A stretch of 64,000 bases of DNA from the IMG/VR virus record IMGVR_UViG_3300015214_000032, positions 6,280 to 70,279 of that record; one strand, given 5' to 3'. This DNA comes from a virus (Duplodnaviria; Caudoviricetes). This document shows, one piece after another, positions 56,227-64,000 of this stretch. The translations under genes were made by a program, and so were the position numbers. The notes under the pieces were generated by a model. The model searched no databases, was not told where the DNA came from, and was given only the letters and a program-made list of their open reading frames with translations. Positions within the stretch are counted from its first letter, which is position 1. Every line of letters starts with the position of its first letter.

Positions 56227-56274
56227 TTTACGCGGGCGCTCGTGCAACAGTACGAGCTTAGACAGGAGAGACAG

Positions 56275-56583
56275 ATGACAGTCGTGGGGCGCGATAAGTA
56301 TGGCGAGGACATGCTCCCCTGCTATCGATACAGGTACAGCGCCTGCCCACGCTGCAAGGCACGGACGGAAGAGCAAGCAGGTGTGATGTGCCGCCCCGTG
56401 CAGACACCATGTGGTGAGTATGAGTGTCCTGGTGACACGGGATGCTTAAACCCATTTGGCGTGAAATGGACATCAGATGGACGTGCTTGCGAATTGACGA
56501 ACGCGAGCGCACAACAGGAAGCAAGGAAGTTTGACGAATGGGTACGGGAACAGATTCAATCCCAAGAAATGAAGCGTGGCTGA
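56275..56583 (+). CDS. Hypothetical Cys-rich protein
   Basis: AGACAGGAGA RBS; CPRC...C...C...C. Confidence 0.6.
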   Translation: MTVVGRDKYGEDMLPCYRYRYSACPRCKARTEEQAGVMCRPVQTPCGEYECPGDTGCLNPFGVKWTSDGRACELTNASAQQEARKFDEWVREQIQSQEMKRG

Positions 56584-56879
56584 TCAAGAAGGACAACTAT
56601 TTCTACCGTCCCGATTGCTCAGGGTACACGCGCTATGTGTTCGCGGCGGGTCGATACACAGAACAGTTCGCGAAGTCCCTTGAGACGCGTTCTGATGCCA
56701 GCCACAGTATCCGCGCCATCAGGCTGACTGACATCAAGCTGAGCGAGATGGATGAGGCGGACAGATACGTGCACAAGCTGACCAGCGAGCTTGAAGTAGC
56801 GTTGAACACGATCGCTATGCAGGAGCGGAACATACAGAGCTTGCGTCTCCTGTTCGCCGGCAATGGAGCGCGCAAATGA
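56538..56879 (+). CDS. Hypothetical protein
   Basis: WLIKK-x-x-YFYRP-x-x-x-GYT...AGRYT pattern. Confidence 0.6.
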   Translation: MGTGTDSIPRNEAWLIKKDNYFYRPDCSGYTRYVFAAGRYTEQFAKSLETRSDASHSIRAIRLTDIKLSEMDEADRYVHKLTSELEVALNTIAMQERNIQSLRLLFAGNGARK

Positions 56880-57358
56880 AGCGTCGATCATTCCTTGGGT
56901 TCCTTGGAGGAGCGGCCGTTGCAGGCCCGAGCGCCGCGAAGCAATCGCTAGGGGACGCGCAACTGAAGCACATGGGCTTTCCGCACGGTACGGGGGCGCT
57001 CGTAAGCTCCAAAGCGGAGACCGATTCAGCAGCAATGGCGCTGGAAGTAGCAACCAGCAAACCCACCATGGGCAGGCTGAAGAGCTTCGTGGCTTGGATC
57101 CGCAAGCGCGGGGTGCCCGACTTCCAGATGGGTGAGATACAAGCGGTGATGCAGCAGATGAAGTCGGATGGTCTCGATGCCGACCTTGCCGTGCTTGTGA
57201 GCATGTCCCCTGTCAACAAGGCGCGCATCCAGCGCGCTCGCAATTATGATAGGGCGCTCGACAGGATGCTGATGCGCGTTGTGTCATCAAAAGCGAGGGA
57301 AGAGTTCAACGCTGAGGTACAGAAGAAGTTCGGGTTTGAGCCCAACTGGTGGTACTGA
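56876..57358 (+). CDS. Hypothetical protein with twin-arginine-like N-terminus
   Basis: MKRRSFLGFLGGAAVAGPSAA. Confidence 0.6.
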   Translation: MKRRSFLGFLGGAAVAGPSAAKQSLGDAQLKHMGFPHGTGALVSSKAETDSAAMALEVATSKPTMGRLKSFVAWIRKRGVPDFQMGEIQAVMQQMKSDGLDADLAVLVSMSPVNKARIQRARNYDRALDRMLMRVVSSKAREEFNAEVQKKFGFEPNWWY

Positions 57359-57377
57359 AATAAGGTGGAGAAGTGCT

Positions 57378-57716
57378 ATGACTGATGGAATGGTTGAAGC
57401 TGTTGTTGACAAGCGTGGGCCGATCGAGCGCATGTCCAGTGAGTACGATGATCTCTCTGCTGCGCTCAAGTTCGTGCGCAACGCTGAGGGGCGGGAGATC
57501 AGCGCGCGCGTTGCGCTCGTGACGCTGAGCAAGAAGGACAGCTCGGGCCGCAACGACGACGTGCCCTACGAGGCCGACAACATGTTCCGGGACATGATAC
57601 AGGGTGACATTGACCAGCATCTAGCGACGCTGGAGAAGCGTATCCTGGCACAGATGGGTGCCGTTCGGCGTGAAATCGTTCGTCTGATGGAGAAGGAGGA
57701 GGGTGAAAAGCGATGA
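57378..57716 (+). CDS. Hypothetical protein
   Basis: GGAGA RBS. Confidence 0.55.
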   Translation: MTDGMVEAVVDKRGPIERMSSEYDDLSAALKFVRNAEGREISARVALVTLSKKDSSGRNDDVPYEADNMFRDMIQGDIDQHLATLEKRILAQMGAVRREIVRLMEKEEGEKR

Positions 57717-58039
57717 AAATCTCGTATCGTGACGTCCCATATAGGCGTGTTGATCGCGTTTTCAAGGCTGCCGGGGGCTACACTGTCTCAGCTTTCGGGA
57801 CGAGTATCTCGAAAGATTCGGTGTCCGTCCAGGGGTGGCAACGCATGATGGAGCGAATTGCACCCGCGATGCAGGACGGCAAGCATATCGTGAATGTCAC
57901 GTTGAGGCGGGTTCCTTTGAATGGAAATGTCGCGAAGACGGGAGACATTTATGATGTGCTTGATGTCGATGTTCGGGAGTGCGAGGGGGATGAGGGAACG
58001 AAAGTTATTGTGCCACCCGACGTGCTTGCTAAGCTGTAA
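57713..58039 (+). CDS. Hypothetical protein
   Basis: GGAGG RBS; ATGA-coupled; last gene before repeat copy B. Confidence 0.55.
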   Translation: MKISYRDVPYRRVDRVFKAAGGYTVSAFGTSISKDSVSVQGWQRMMERIAPAMQDGKHIVNVTLRRVPLNGNVAKTGDIYDVLDVDVRECEGDEGTKVIVPPDVLAKL

Positions 58040-58073
58040 GTATAGAGAAAAAGCAGCAATTTCAGCAGCTTAT

Positions 58074-58422
58074 GTAACCCCGGTAACCCACGGCCGCTTT
58101 CGTGGGCTACCCAAAATCCTTAACAAAAACAAGCACTTATCACCCGCGGTAGCCCCGGGTAACCCATGCTTTTTGCTATGGGTGCGGGAGATTTTTCGCC
58201 GTGAATTTCGCTTTTGTTCCAATGGGTTAAGTGAACTTGCACGGTTCTTGCTACGCGCGGGCGCGTTATACCCCTGCGCCCGTGTCGAAATTAAAAAAAA
58301 AAATTTGTAGCTGTAGCCGTGGGTGTGGGGTTACCGTCGCTTGTAAGTTGTTGAATATATGGGCATTTTCACCGGTACCCACGGTCCCTTTCGTGGGCTA
58401 CCCATGGGTTACCGGGGTTACC
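58074..58422. repeat. Non-coding iteron-like element, copy B (inverted homologue of 27484-27730)
   Basis: GTAACCCCGGTAACCCAC on the left, A11 tract at 58293-58303, GGGTTACCGGGGTTACC on the right. Confidence 0.85.
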
Positions 58423-58564
58423 GTGAGGTTTTTCATGACAGTGCGAAAGTTGTTGGTGACAGGGAGTTTGACAGTTGTGACAGGTGCTCTGTCGCCGCGT
58501 GTGGCCAATATTATGGTAGGTGATCCCTACGCGGGCGCGTGCGTAAAGGGAAGGATTTGATACC

Positions 58565-58966
58565 ATGGGACGACCGGAGAGTGGATTCTGGAATTCGATC
58601 AAGGGACGTGTTCCTGGATTCTGGCAGCGCATTGAGAGCCCGACGACGGACGGGATCCCGGACTGTTGCTGTATCGTGAACGGCTCAACTCACTGGGTGG
58701 AGTTGAAGAGCTCGAGAACGTTTGTGAGTGGGCTTGGCACTGAGCCCATGCAGCGCTATTGGATGAACAGGTGGCACACGTATGGCGGGCACGCATGGGT
58801 GCTTGCACGCGTGGGCGGGCACGTCATCTTCATCCATGCTTGGTTCCTTCCCTGGAAGCTCGACCCGCTGGAGGATACCCTGGAGCACTACCTGTCGAAG
58901 GCGCGTCTGCACGCGCCCATGCGCGAATTCCCGTGGGACGAAATGGAAGTAGCGATGTCGCGTTAA
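58565..58966 (+). CDS. VRR-NUC / PD-(D/E)xK Holliday-junction-resolvase-like nuclease
   Basis: RIES...GIPD...W-x-ELK...Q-x-x-W...GG. Confidence 0.8.
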   Translation: MGRPESGFWNSIKGRVPGFWQRIESPTTDGIPDCCCIVNGSTHWVELKSSRTFVSGLGTEPMQRYWMNRWHTYGGHAWVLARVGGHVIFIHAWFLPWKLDPLEDTLEHYLSKARLHAPMREFPWDEMEVAMSR

Positions 58967-59004
58967 CGCTTGCGTTCACGGCAGCGCGCCCGCATATTGC
59001 GCGC

Positions 59005-59685
59005 ATGACGGATCAGGATCAGACGACACCGGAGCAGGATCGGAAGTCAGATGCCGCGGCCCTTCAGCCGCTCTCGCATCGTGAGTTCAAGTTTGTCGAA
59101 TCATTCACGTATCCTGATTCCCCTACCGTAGGAAATGCGTCGCGCTCCGCCATGCGAGCGGGATATGCGGAGGGCACAGCGTACACGGACGCCTATGCCT
59201 GGGTCCTACCCGATAAGAGAAATCCGAAGCCCCACGTCTACGCCGCCATCCTCGCCCGCCGCGAGTCGATCGAGCGTGCTGCTCAAGTCACTGTCGAAGA
59301 CATCGTGCGGCGCATGAACGCCATGAGCAAGGGCTCACTGCGCAATGTCACCAACGATACGGACAGCGGTGCCACGTACGTTGACCTGAGCGGCTTGACG
59401 GAAGAAGAGTGGTACGCGATCAACGAGATCGAGATCACTGAGTATTCCGAGGGACGAGGTGAGGAAGCACGGGACGTCATTAAGACCAAGGTCAAGCTTG
59501 CCGACCGAAAGGGCGCAACGGAGATCCTGGGCAAGGCGATGGGCGTGTTCAGCGAGAAGCGCGTTCTGAGCAACGATCCAGACAATCCGATGCCCGGCAC
59601 CAATGTCGACCTCGACCTGTCCCGTCTGACGGAAGACGAGATCATGGAACTGCGGCGTTTGCAGATGAAGGCGATGGGCAAATGA
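59005..59685 (+). CDS. terS: Terminase small subunit
   Basis: NA-x-x-SA-x-x-AGY HTH start, K-x-KL-x-D-x-x-x-A-x-E-x-LG, upstream of terL. Confidence 0.85.
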   Translation: MTDQDQTTPEQDRKSDAAALQPLSHREFKFVESFTYPDSPTVGNASRSAMRAGYAEGTAYTDAYAWVLPDKRNPKPHVYAAILARRESIERAAQVTVEDIVRRMNAMSKGSLRNVTNDTDSGATYVDLSGLTEEEWYAINEIEITEYSEGRGEEARDVIKTKVKLADRKGATEILGKAMGVFSEKRVLSNDPDNPMPGTNVDLDLSRLTEDEIMELRRLQMKAMGK

Positions 59686-59771
59686 TCATTAAGGACATCC
59701 TGTTCTGGGCTTTCATCGCAGGACTCACGCTCATCGGTTATGCCCTGCTGTCCGGTCAAGTGGTCATATGA
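59682..59771 (+). CDS. 29-aa single-TM micropeptide between terS and terL
   Basis: MIIKDILFWAFIAGLTLIGYALLSGQVVI*; ATGA overlaps at both ends. Confidence 0.6.
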   Translation: MIIKDILFWAFIAGLTLIGYALLSGQVVI

Positions 59772-61249
59772 ACGCGCACGCCGACTTCAAGTATTTCGTG
59801 CTGCCCGATGCGATGTTCGATATCGCATTGGACAGGCAGGCGAGCGCTCGCTCCCTGTCTGAATTCGTGAAGCGCGCATGGCACGTCATTGAACCAGCGA
59901 CGGAGCTCAAATGGGGCTGGGCGCTGGATGCGATGTGCGCGCATCTTGAAGCCGTGACGGAAGGCGAGTTCCTCAAGTTGCTGATGAACGTGCCCCCGGG
60001 CACGATGAAGTCGAAACTCGTATCAGTCTTCTGGCCCGCGTGGGAATGGGGGCCTTGCAAGCTGCCCCACCATCGCTATATTGCGACGTCGCATAAGCAG
60101 GACTTGGCCGTGCGCGATAACCTGCTGTGCCGAAGGCTCATCCAGAGCCGCTGGTATCAACAGCGCTGGCCGGAAGTGACGCTCACCACGGACCAGAACG
60201 AGAAGAAGAAGTTCGAGAACACGCATACGGGCTTCCGCGAGTCCATGGCGTTTACGTCCATGACGGGTTCGCGCGGCTCGCGTGTCATTCTGGATGATCC
60301 GCATTCCGTGGATGGCGCCAACAGCACGACAGAGCTTCTGAACGTGCGCACCACGTTCAAGGAAGCGCTTCCCACACGCGTGAACGATGACGATTCTGCG
60401 ATCGTGATCATCATGCAGCGACTGCATCAGCTTGATGTGTCGGGCATCGTGCTGGAGGAGCTCAAGGGCTTGGGGTGGGTGCATCTGTGCCTGCCCATGC
60501 GCTTCGAAGCCAATCGCCGTTGCCGCACGCCCATCTTCAAGGACCCGCGCAAGGCGGACGGTGAGCTCCTGTTCCCCGAACGGTTCAGCGAGAAGAAGGT
60601 CAAGGAGCTTGAGTCGACGCTTGGCAGCTACGCCGTGGCAGGGCAGCTTCAGCAGCGTCCAGCGGCGCGCGAGGGCGCCATGTTCAAGCGCGAATGGTTC
60701 AAAGAGAAGATCATTGAGCTGGATGACATCCCGCCCTTGCGCCAGATCGTTCGCCATTGGGACCTTGCTGCAACCAAGAGCAAGGATGCCGCGCGCACTG
60801 CGGGCGTGAAGATGGCTGTGACGGAGCAGGGCGAGTATATCGTCCTCCATGTGCATGCCATGCAGCAGGAAGGGCCCCGCGTCAAGCGCAAGGTCGTGGA
60901 GTACGCGGCGCTCGATGGCATGGGCACAGTGGTCAGCTTGCCACAGGACCCTGGGCAGGCAGGCAAGGTGCAGAAGGCCGACTATGCGGCGGCATTGGCA
61001 GGCTATGACTTCTCCATTGAGGTGGAGACGGGCGACAAGGAAGCGCGTGCACAGCCATTCGCAGCGCAGTGTGAAGCGGGGAACGTGTATCTGGTGCGCG
61101 GGTCATGGAACGATCTGTACCTGGATGAGCTGTGCATGTTTCCGGCGGGCAAGTTCAAGGACATGGTGGATGCGTCGTCTGGCGCGTTCGGTAGACTCGT
61201 GCGGCGACCCAAAGGGAAGACGACCGCCAAGATGACGGAGAACTGGTGA
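59768..61249 (+). CDS. terL: Terminase large subunit
   Basis: PPGTMKS Walker A, ILDDP Walker B, MQRLH, W-D-x-A, QDPGQAGK, FP-x-G-x-x-x-D-x-VDA nuclease motifs. Confidence 0.95.
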   Translation: MNAHADFKYFVLPDAMFDIALDRQASARSLSEFVKRAWHVIEPATELKWGWALDAMCAHLEAVTEGEFLKLLMNVPPGTMKSKLVSVFWPAWEWGPCKLPHHRYIATSHKQDLAVRDNLLCRRLIQSRWYQQRWPEVTLTTDQNEKKKFENTHTGFRESMAFTSMTGSRGSRVILDDPHSVDGANSTTELLNVRTTFKEALPTRVNDDDSAIVIIMQRLHQLDVSGIVLEELKGLGWVHLCLPMRFEANRRCRTPIFKDPRKADGELLFPERFSEKKVKELESTLGSYAVAGQLQQRPAAREGAMFKREWFKEKIIELDDIPPLRQIVRHWDLAATKSKDAARTAGVKMAVTEQGEYIVLHVHAMQQEGPRVKRKVVEYAALDGMGTVVSLPQDPGQAGKVQKADYAAALAGYDFSIEVETGDKEARAQPFAAQCEAGNVYLVRGSWNDLYLDELCMFPAGKFKDMVDASSGAFGRLVRRPKGKTTAKMTENW

Positions 61250-62754
61250 TGGCTACCCAGGACAATGGTGTGTACGCCAAGCATCCGGAGTATGTGGATC
61301 GCGAGGACGAATGGCGCCTCATGCGGGATGCGACGCGGGGCGAGACTGCGGTCAAGGCGGCGGGTATTGAGTACCTGCCCATGCCCGCGGGCTTCCTCAA
61401 GACGCCTGACAAGGGCGTTGCCGCCTATGCCGCATACAAGGAACGAGCGCAGTTCCCGGAGATCGTGCAGCCCACGAGCAGCGGCATGGTGGGCATCATC
61501 CATCGTACGGAAGCGCAGATCACGATGCCCGATGCCATGCAGACGCTATGGGAGAAGGCTACCAAGGACGGGCTGCCCCTGGAAGCGTTCCATCGTCGCA
61601 TCACGACGGAACTTCTGACGACGGGCCGTTTCTCCATCTTGGTGGATGCGCTCCCTGAGTCCGAGGGCGGTTCCGAAGTTCCCTATCTGGCAGGCTACAA
61701 GGCGGAAGCGCTCATCAATTGGGATGACAACCAGAGCTTCTACGTGCTGGACGAATCCGGACTCGTGCGTGACGGCTTCGAGTGGAGGGAAGAGGACAGG
61801 GCGCGCGTTCTGGAGCTTTCCGAAACGGGCGTCTACACGCAGACCCTGTACAACGGTACGACGCCCGAAGAAGCAACGATGCCCGTTGCGCGCGGGGGTG
61901 TCCCTCTGCGTGAGATCCCATTCGTGATCATGGGCACCACGGATCTGAGCATCGATCCGGACGACCCGCCGCTGCTCGGCGTTGCACGCTCGGCCAAGAC
62001 CATCTACCAGCTGTCTGCGGACTATCGCTACCAGCTGTTCCAGACGGGCCAGGAAACGCTCGTCGTCATCAATGCGGACGAGCCCGAGCTCGTTGGTGCA
62101 GGTGTCATCATCTCCTTGAAGGCTGACGGGGGCGCTGATGCACCTCAGCCCGATGCCAAGTATGTCAGCCCGTCGGGTTCGGGCATCAATGCTCATAGGG
62201 AAGCGATTAAGGACGAGCGCGAGGTAGCGTCGCAAGCAGGCGCGCGCCTGTTCAGTTCCGGGGGCCAAGGGCAGGAGTCGGGCGAGGCGTTGCGCATCCG
62301 CTACGCCGCCGAAACAGCGACCCTTACCAGCATTTCCCAGGTCAGCGCACAGGGGCTTGAGCGCGCGCTCAAGTTCGTCGCGCAGATGATGGGGATGCCG
62401 CAGGGCGAGATCGATAAGATCGTTGTCAAGCCCAACTTGCGGTTCGTCGAGAGCACGCTCACTCCGAGTGAAGCGGTGCAGCTTGTCAAGCTGTGGCAGG
62501 ATGAGGCCATCAGCTATGAGACGCTCTACGAGAACCTTCAGCGTGGGGAGATCGCATCGTCTGAACGGGACTTCGAGGAGGAGCTCGAGCTCATCGATGA
62601 AGAGGTCGAGGAGGAAATGAAGCGACGCGAGGAGCAGATCAAAGCAGGGCTGTTGCCCAATCCTGCTGGTGCAACGCCACCCAACAATGAGCAGGAGACC
62701 CAGGATCCGCCTCTTCCTGGTCAGCAACCCACTGACGTGACTGAGCGCCAGTGA
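61249..62754 (+). CDS. Portal protein (DUF4055-like)
   Basis: HP-x-Y...YLP...Y-x-x-Y-x-x-RA, IPFV, SA-x-Y, SGEA motifs; follows terL. Confidence 0.9.
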   Translation: MATQDNGVYAKHPEYVDREDEWRLMRDATRGETAVKAAGIEYLPMPAGFLKTPDKGVAAYAAYKERAQFPEIVQPTSSGMVGIIHRTEAQITMPDAMQTLWEKATKDGLPLEAFHRRITTELLTTGRFSILVDALPESEGGSEVPYLAGYKAEALINWDDNQSFYVLDESGLVRDGFEWREEDRARVLELSETGVYTQTLYNGTTPEEATMPVARGGVPLREIPFVIMGTTDLSIDPDDPPLLGVARSAKTIYQLSADYRYQLFQTGQETLVVINADEPELVGAGVIISLKADGGADAPQPDAKYVSPSGSGINAHREAIKDEREVASQAGARLFSSGGQGQESGEALRIRYAAETATLTSISQVSAQGLERALKFVAQMMGMPQGEIDKIVVKPNLRFVESTLTPSEAVQLVKLWQDEAISYETLYENLQRGEIASSERDFEEELELIDEEVEEEMKRREEQIKAGLLPNPAGATPPNNEQETQDPPLPGQQPTDVTERQ

Positions 62755-63302
62755 CTCGAACGTGCTTGATAGTCGGTGGCAGCCGACGGGCGATCGAGGA
62801 AGCGCAGCTTGCTCACAAGTTGCTGCTGATCGATGCTGTCATCGCTGTCAAGCGCGTCGGTGCAGTGTGGCCCGGTAACCTCCTTGCCTGGGTCACACTG
62901 CACCCCGACACGTTCCATGAGCTGTGGCGCAAGCGCCAGGAAGCGGGCTTCCCCACGGTGGAAGACGTGTGGTGCAGCACGCCCGGCATCCCTGGATTCA
63001 GATGGTTCCCCGAAAAGGGTGGGACGTCAGGTCTTCTTGCCGTACACATTGCGAAGGAGGTCTACGGCTTTGATCGTATCGTACTTGCAGGCACGCCCAT
63101 AGATGAATCCGGTTACTTCGATCGACCTGGTTCTCTTGCTGGTCTGCATCGTTACCGAGACGCATGGACGCGCTGCAAACCATACTTGGCGCCCTACGTT
63201 CGATCAATGTCGGGATGGACACAGGAAGAATTTGGGAGTCCCGAGTGCTGGTATAAGGATACGGCGCCGGGCACCCAGCAAGCGTTGAGCAAATCAGCTT
63301 AA
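62751..63302 (+). CDS. Rossmann-like putative transferase inserted in head module
   Basis: CLIVGG start, IAV-x-x-VG, GGTSGL-x-A...GF-x-x-IVL-x-G-x-P. Confidence 0.5.
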   Translation: MTRTCLIVGGSRRAIEEAQLAHKLLLIDAVIAVKRVGAVWPGNLLAWVTLHPDTFHELWRKRQEAGFPTVEDVWCSTPGIPGFRWFPEKGGTSGLLAVHIAKEVYGFDRIVLAGTPIDESGYFDRPGSLAGLHRYRDAWTRCKPYLAPYVRSMSGWTQEEFGSPECWYKDTAPGTQQALSKSA

Positions 63303-63348
63303 CCCAGTACCAAGATGTGCTGGCAACCCCAAGGAAGGAACGAGACCA

Positions 63349-64000
63349 ATGGCTCTCAAGACAGTGCTGGAATCCATCGACGAGCTCGCGGAGGACATCA
63401 AGTCCGAGTACGTCGAGAAGGACATCGACGGCAAGAAAGTGTTCGTCCTGGACCTCGTCGACGCACCCGCGCATCCGAGCGTCAAGGCGCTGAAGAACGC
63501 TCTGGATCGCCAGAAGGAGGACAACAAGAAGCTCAAGACGGAGAAGGGCGAGCTGGAGACCAAGCTCAAGGACTTCCCCGACGACTTCACCCTGGACGAG
63601 TGGCACCGTCTCCAGGAGCTGGACGACGTGGATCCCAACGATCCCGACAAGGACAAGAAGAAGAAGGAAAAGCAGGACGAGCGTCTCGCGCAGGCCAAGC
63701 GCAACTATGAGCAGCAGATCGCCGCGCTCAAGAAGAAGTACGACGACGACATCGCCGCCAAGGACAGTGTCATCAACCAGGAGCGCGGGGCGCGTGCCGG
63801 CGACAAGAAGGAGCGGGAGCTTTCGGAGGCCATCGCTGCTGCGGGCATCGACACCAAGTACACCAAGGCCGTCAAGGCGCTGCTCAAGGACGTCGTGAAG
63901 CACGAGATCGACGACAACGGCGCCCTCCGTACCTATGTCGAGACGGATCTGGGCGAGGAAGAGGTCGCCAAGTACGTGGCCAATTGGGCCCAGTCGGACG
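63349..64000 (+). CDS. Head scaffolding protein, 3'-truncated by window edge
   Basis: MALK...Y-x-E-x-D...F-x-LD...LK-x-AL start, highly charged coiled coil, after portal. Confidence 0.8.
   Translation, partial: MALKTVLESIDELAEDIKSEYVEKDIDGKKVFVLDLVDAPAHPSVKALKNALDRQKEDNKKLKTEKGELETKLKDFPDDFTLDEWHRLQELDDVDPNDPDKDKKKKEKQDERLAQAKRNYEQQIAALKKKYDDDIAAKDSVINQERGARAGDKKERELSEAIAAAGIDTKYTKAVKALLKDVVKHEIDDNGALRTYVETDLGEEEVAKYVANWAQSD

Noticed and set aside
1-64000. Prophage/temperate lifestyle, tRNA genes, IS elements
   Set aside because: No integrase, recognisable repressor-cro switch, host flanking genes, transposase or tRNA cloverleaf was seen by eye. The short unseen part of the genome cannot be assessed.

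Overview
The window is about 64 kb of a tailed dsDNA phage with a siphovirus-type tail. It is opened inside the head module: it starts within a head-tail adaptor gene and ends within the scaffold gene, so the major capsid gene lies outside. Layout: neck, fibre, tail and lysis genes (1-17.8 kb, +); a leftward early/accessory arm (18.5-27.4 kb, -) with a circularly permuted GHKL ATPase, a MazG-like protein, a Topo VI-A/Spo11-like protein, an HNH protein and an SNF2 helicase; a rightward replication/metabolism arm (28-58 kb, +) with two UvrD-like helicases, an AEP primase, SSB, ThyX, an HD hydrolase, a DEDD exonuclease, a beta-clamp homologue, family-A DNA polymerase and a complete 7-deazaguanine DNA-modification set (gat-queC, queD, folE, queE, dpdA); then a VRR-NUC-like nuclease, terS, terL, portal and scaffold (58.5-64 kb, +). 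I found no integrase, tRNA or CRISPR array. Most notable unexplained structure: (i) two homologous iteron/AT-rich non-coding elements in inverted orientation at 27.5 and 58.2 kb that bracket the whole rightward arm; (ii) an exact 10-mer, AGACAGGAGA, 5-8 nt before at least 11 non-structural start codons; (iii) a 12-Cys micro-protein between queD and folE; (iv) the Topo VI-A-like and permuted-GHKL pair. All functional calls come from motif recognition by eye, with no database searches. An alphaproteobacterial host is an inference only.
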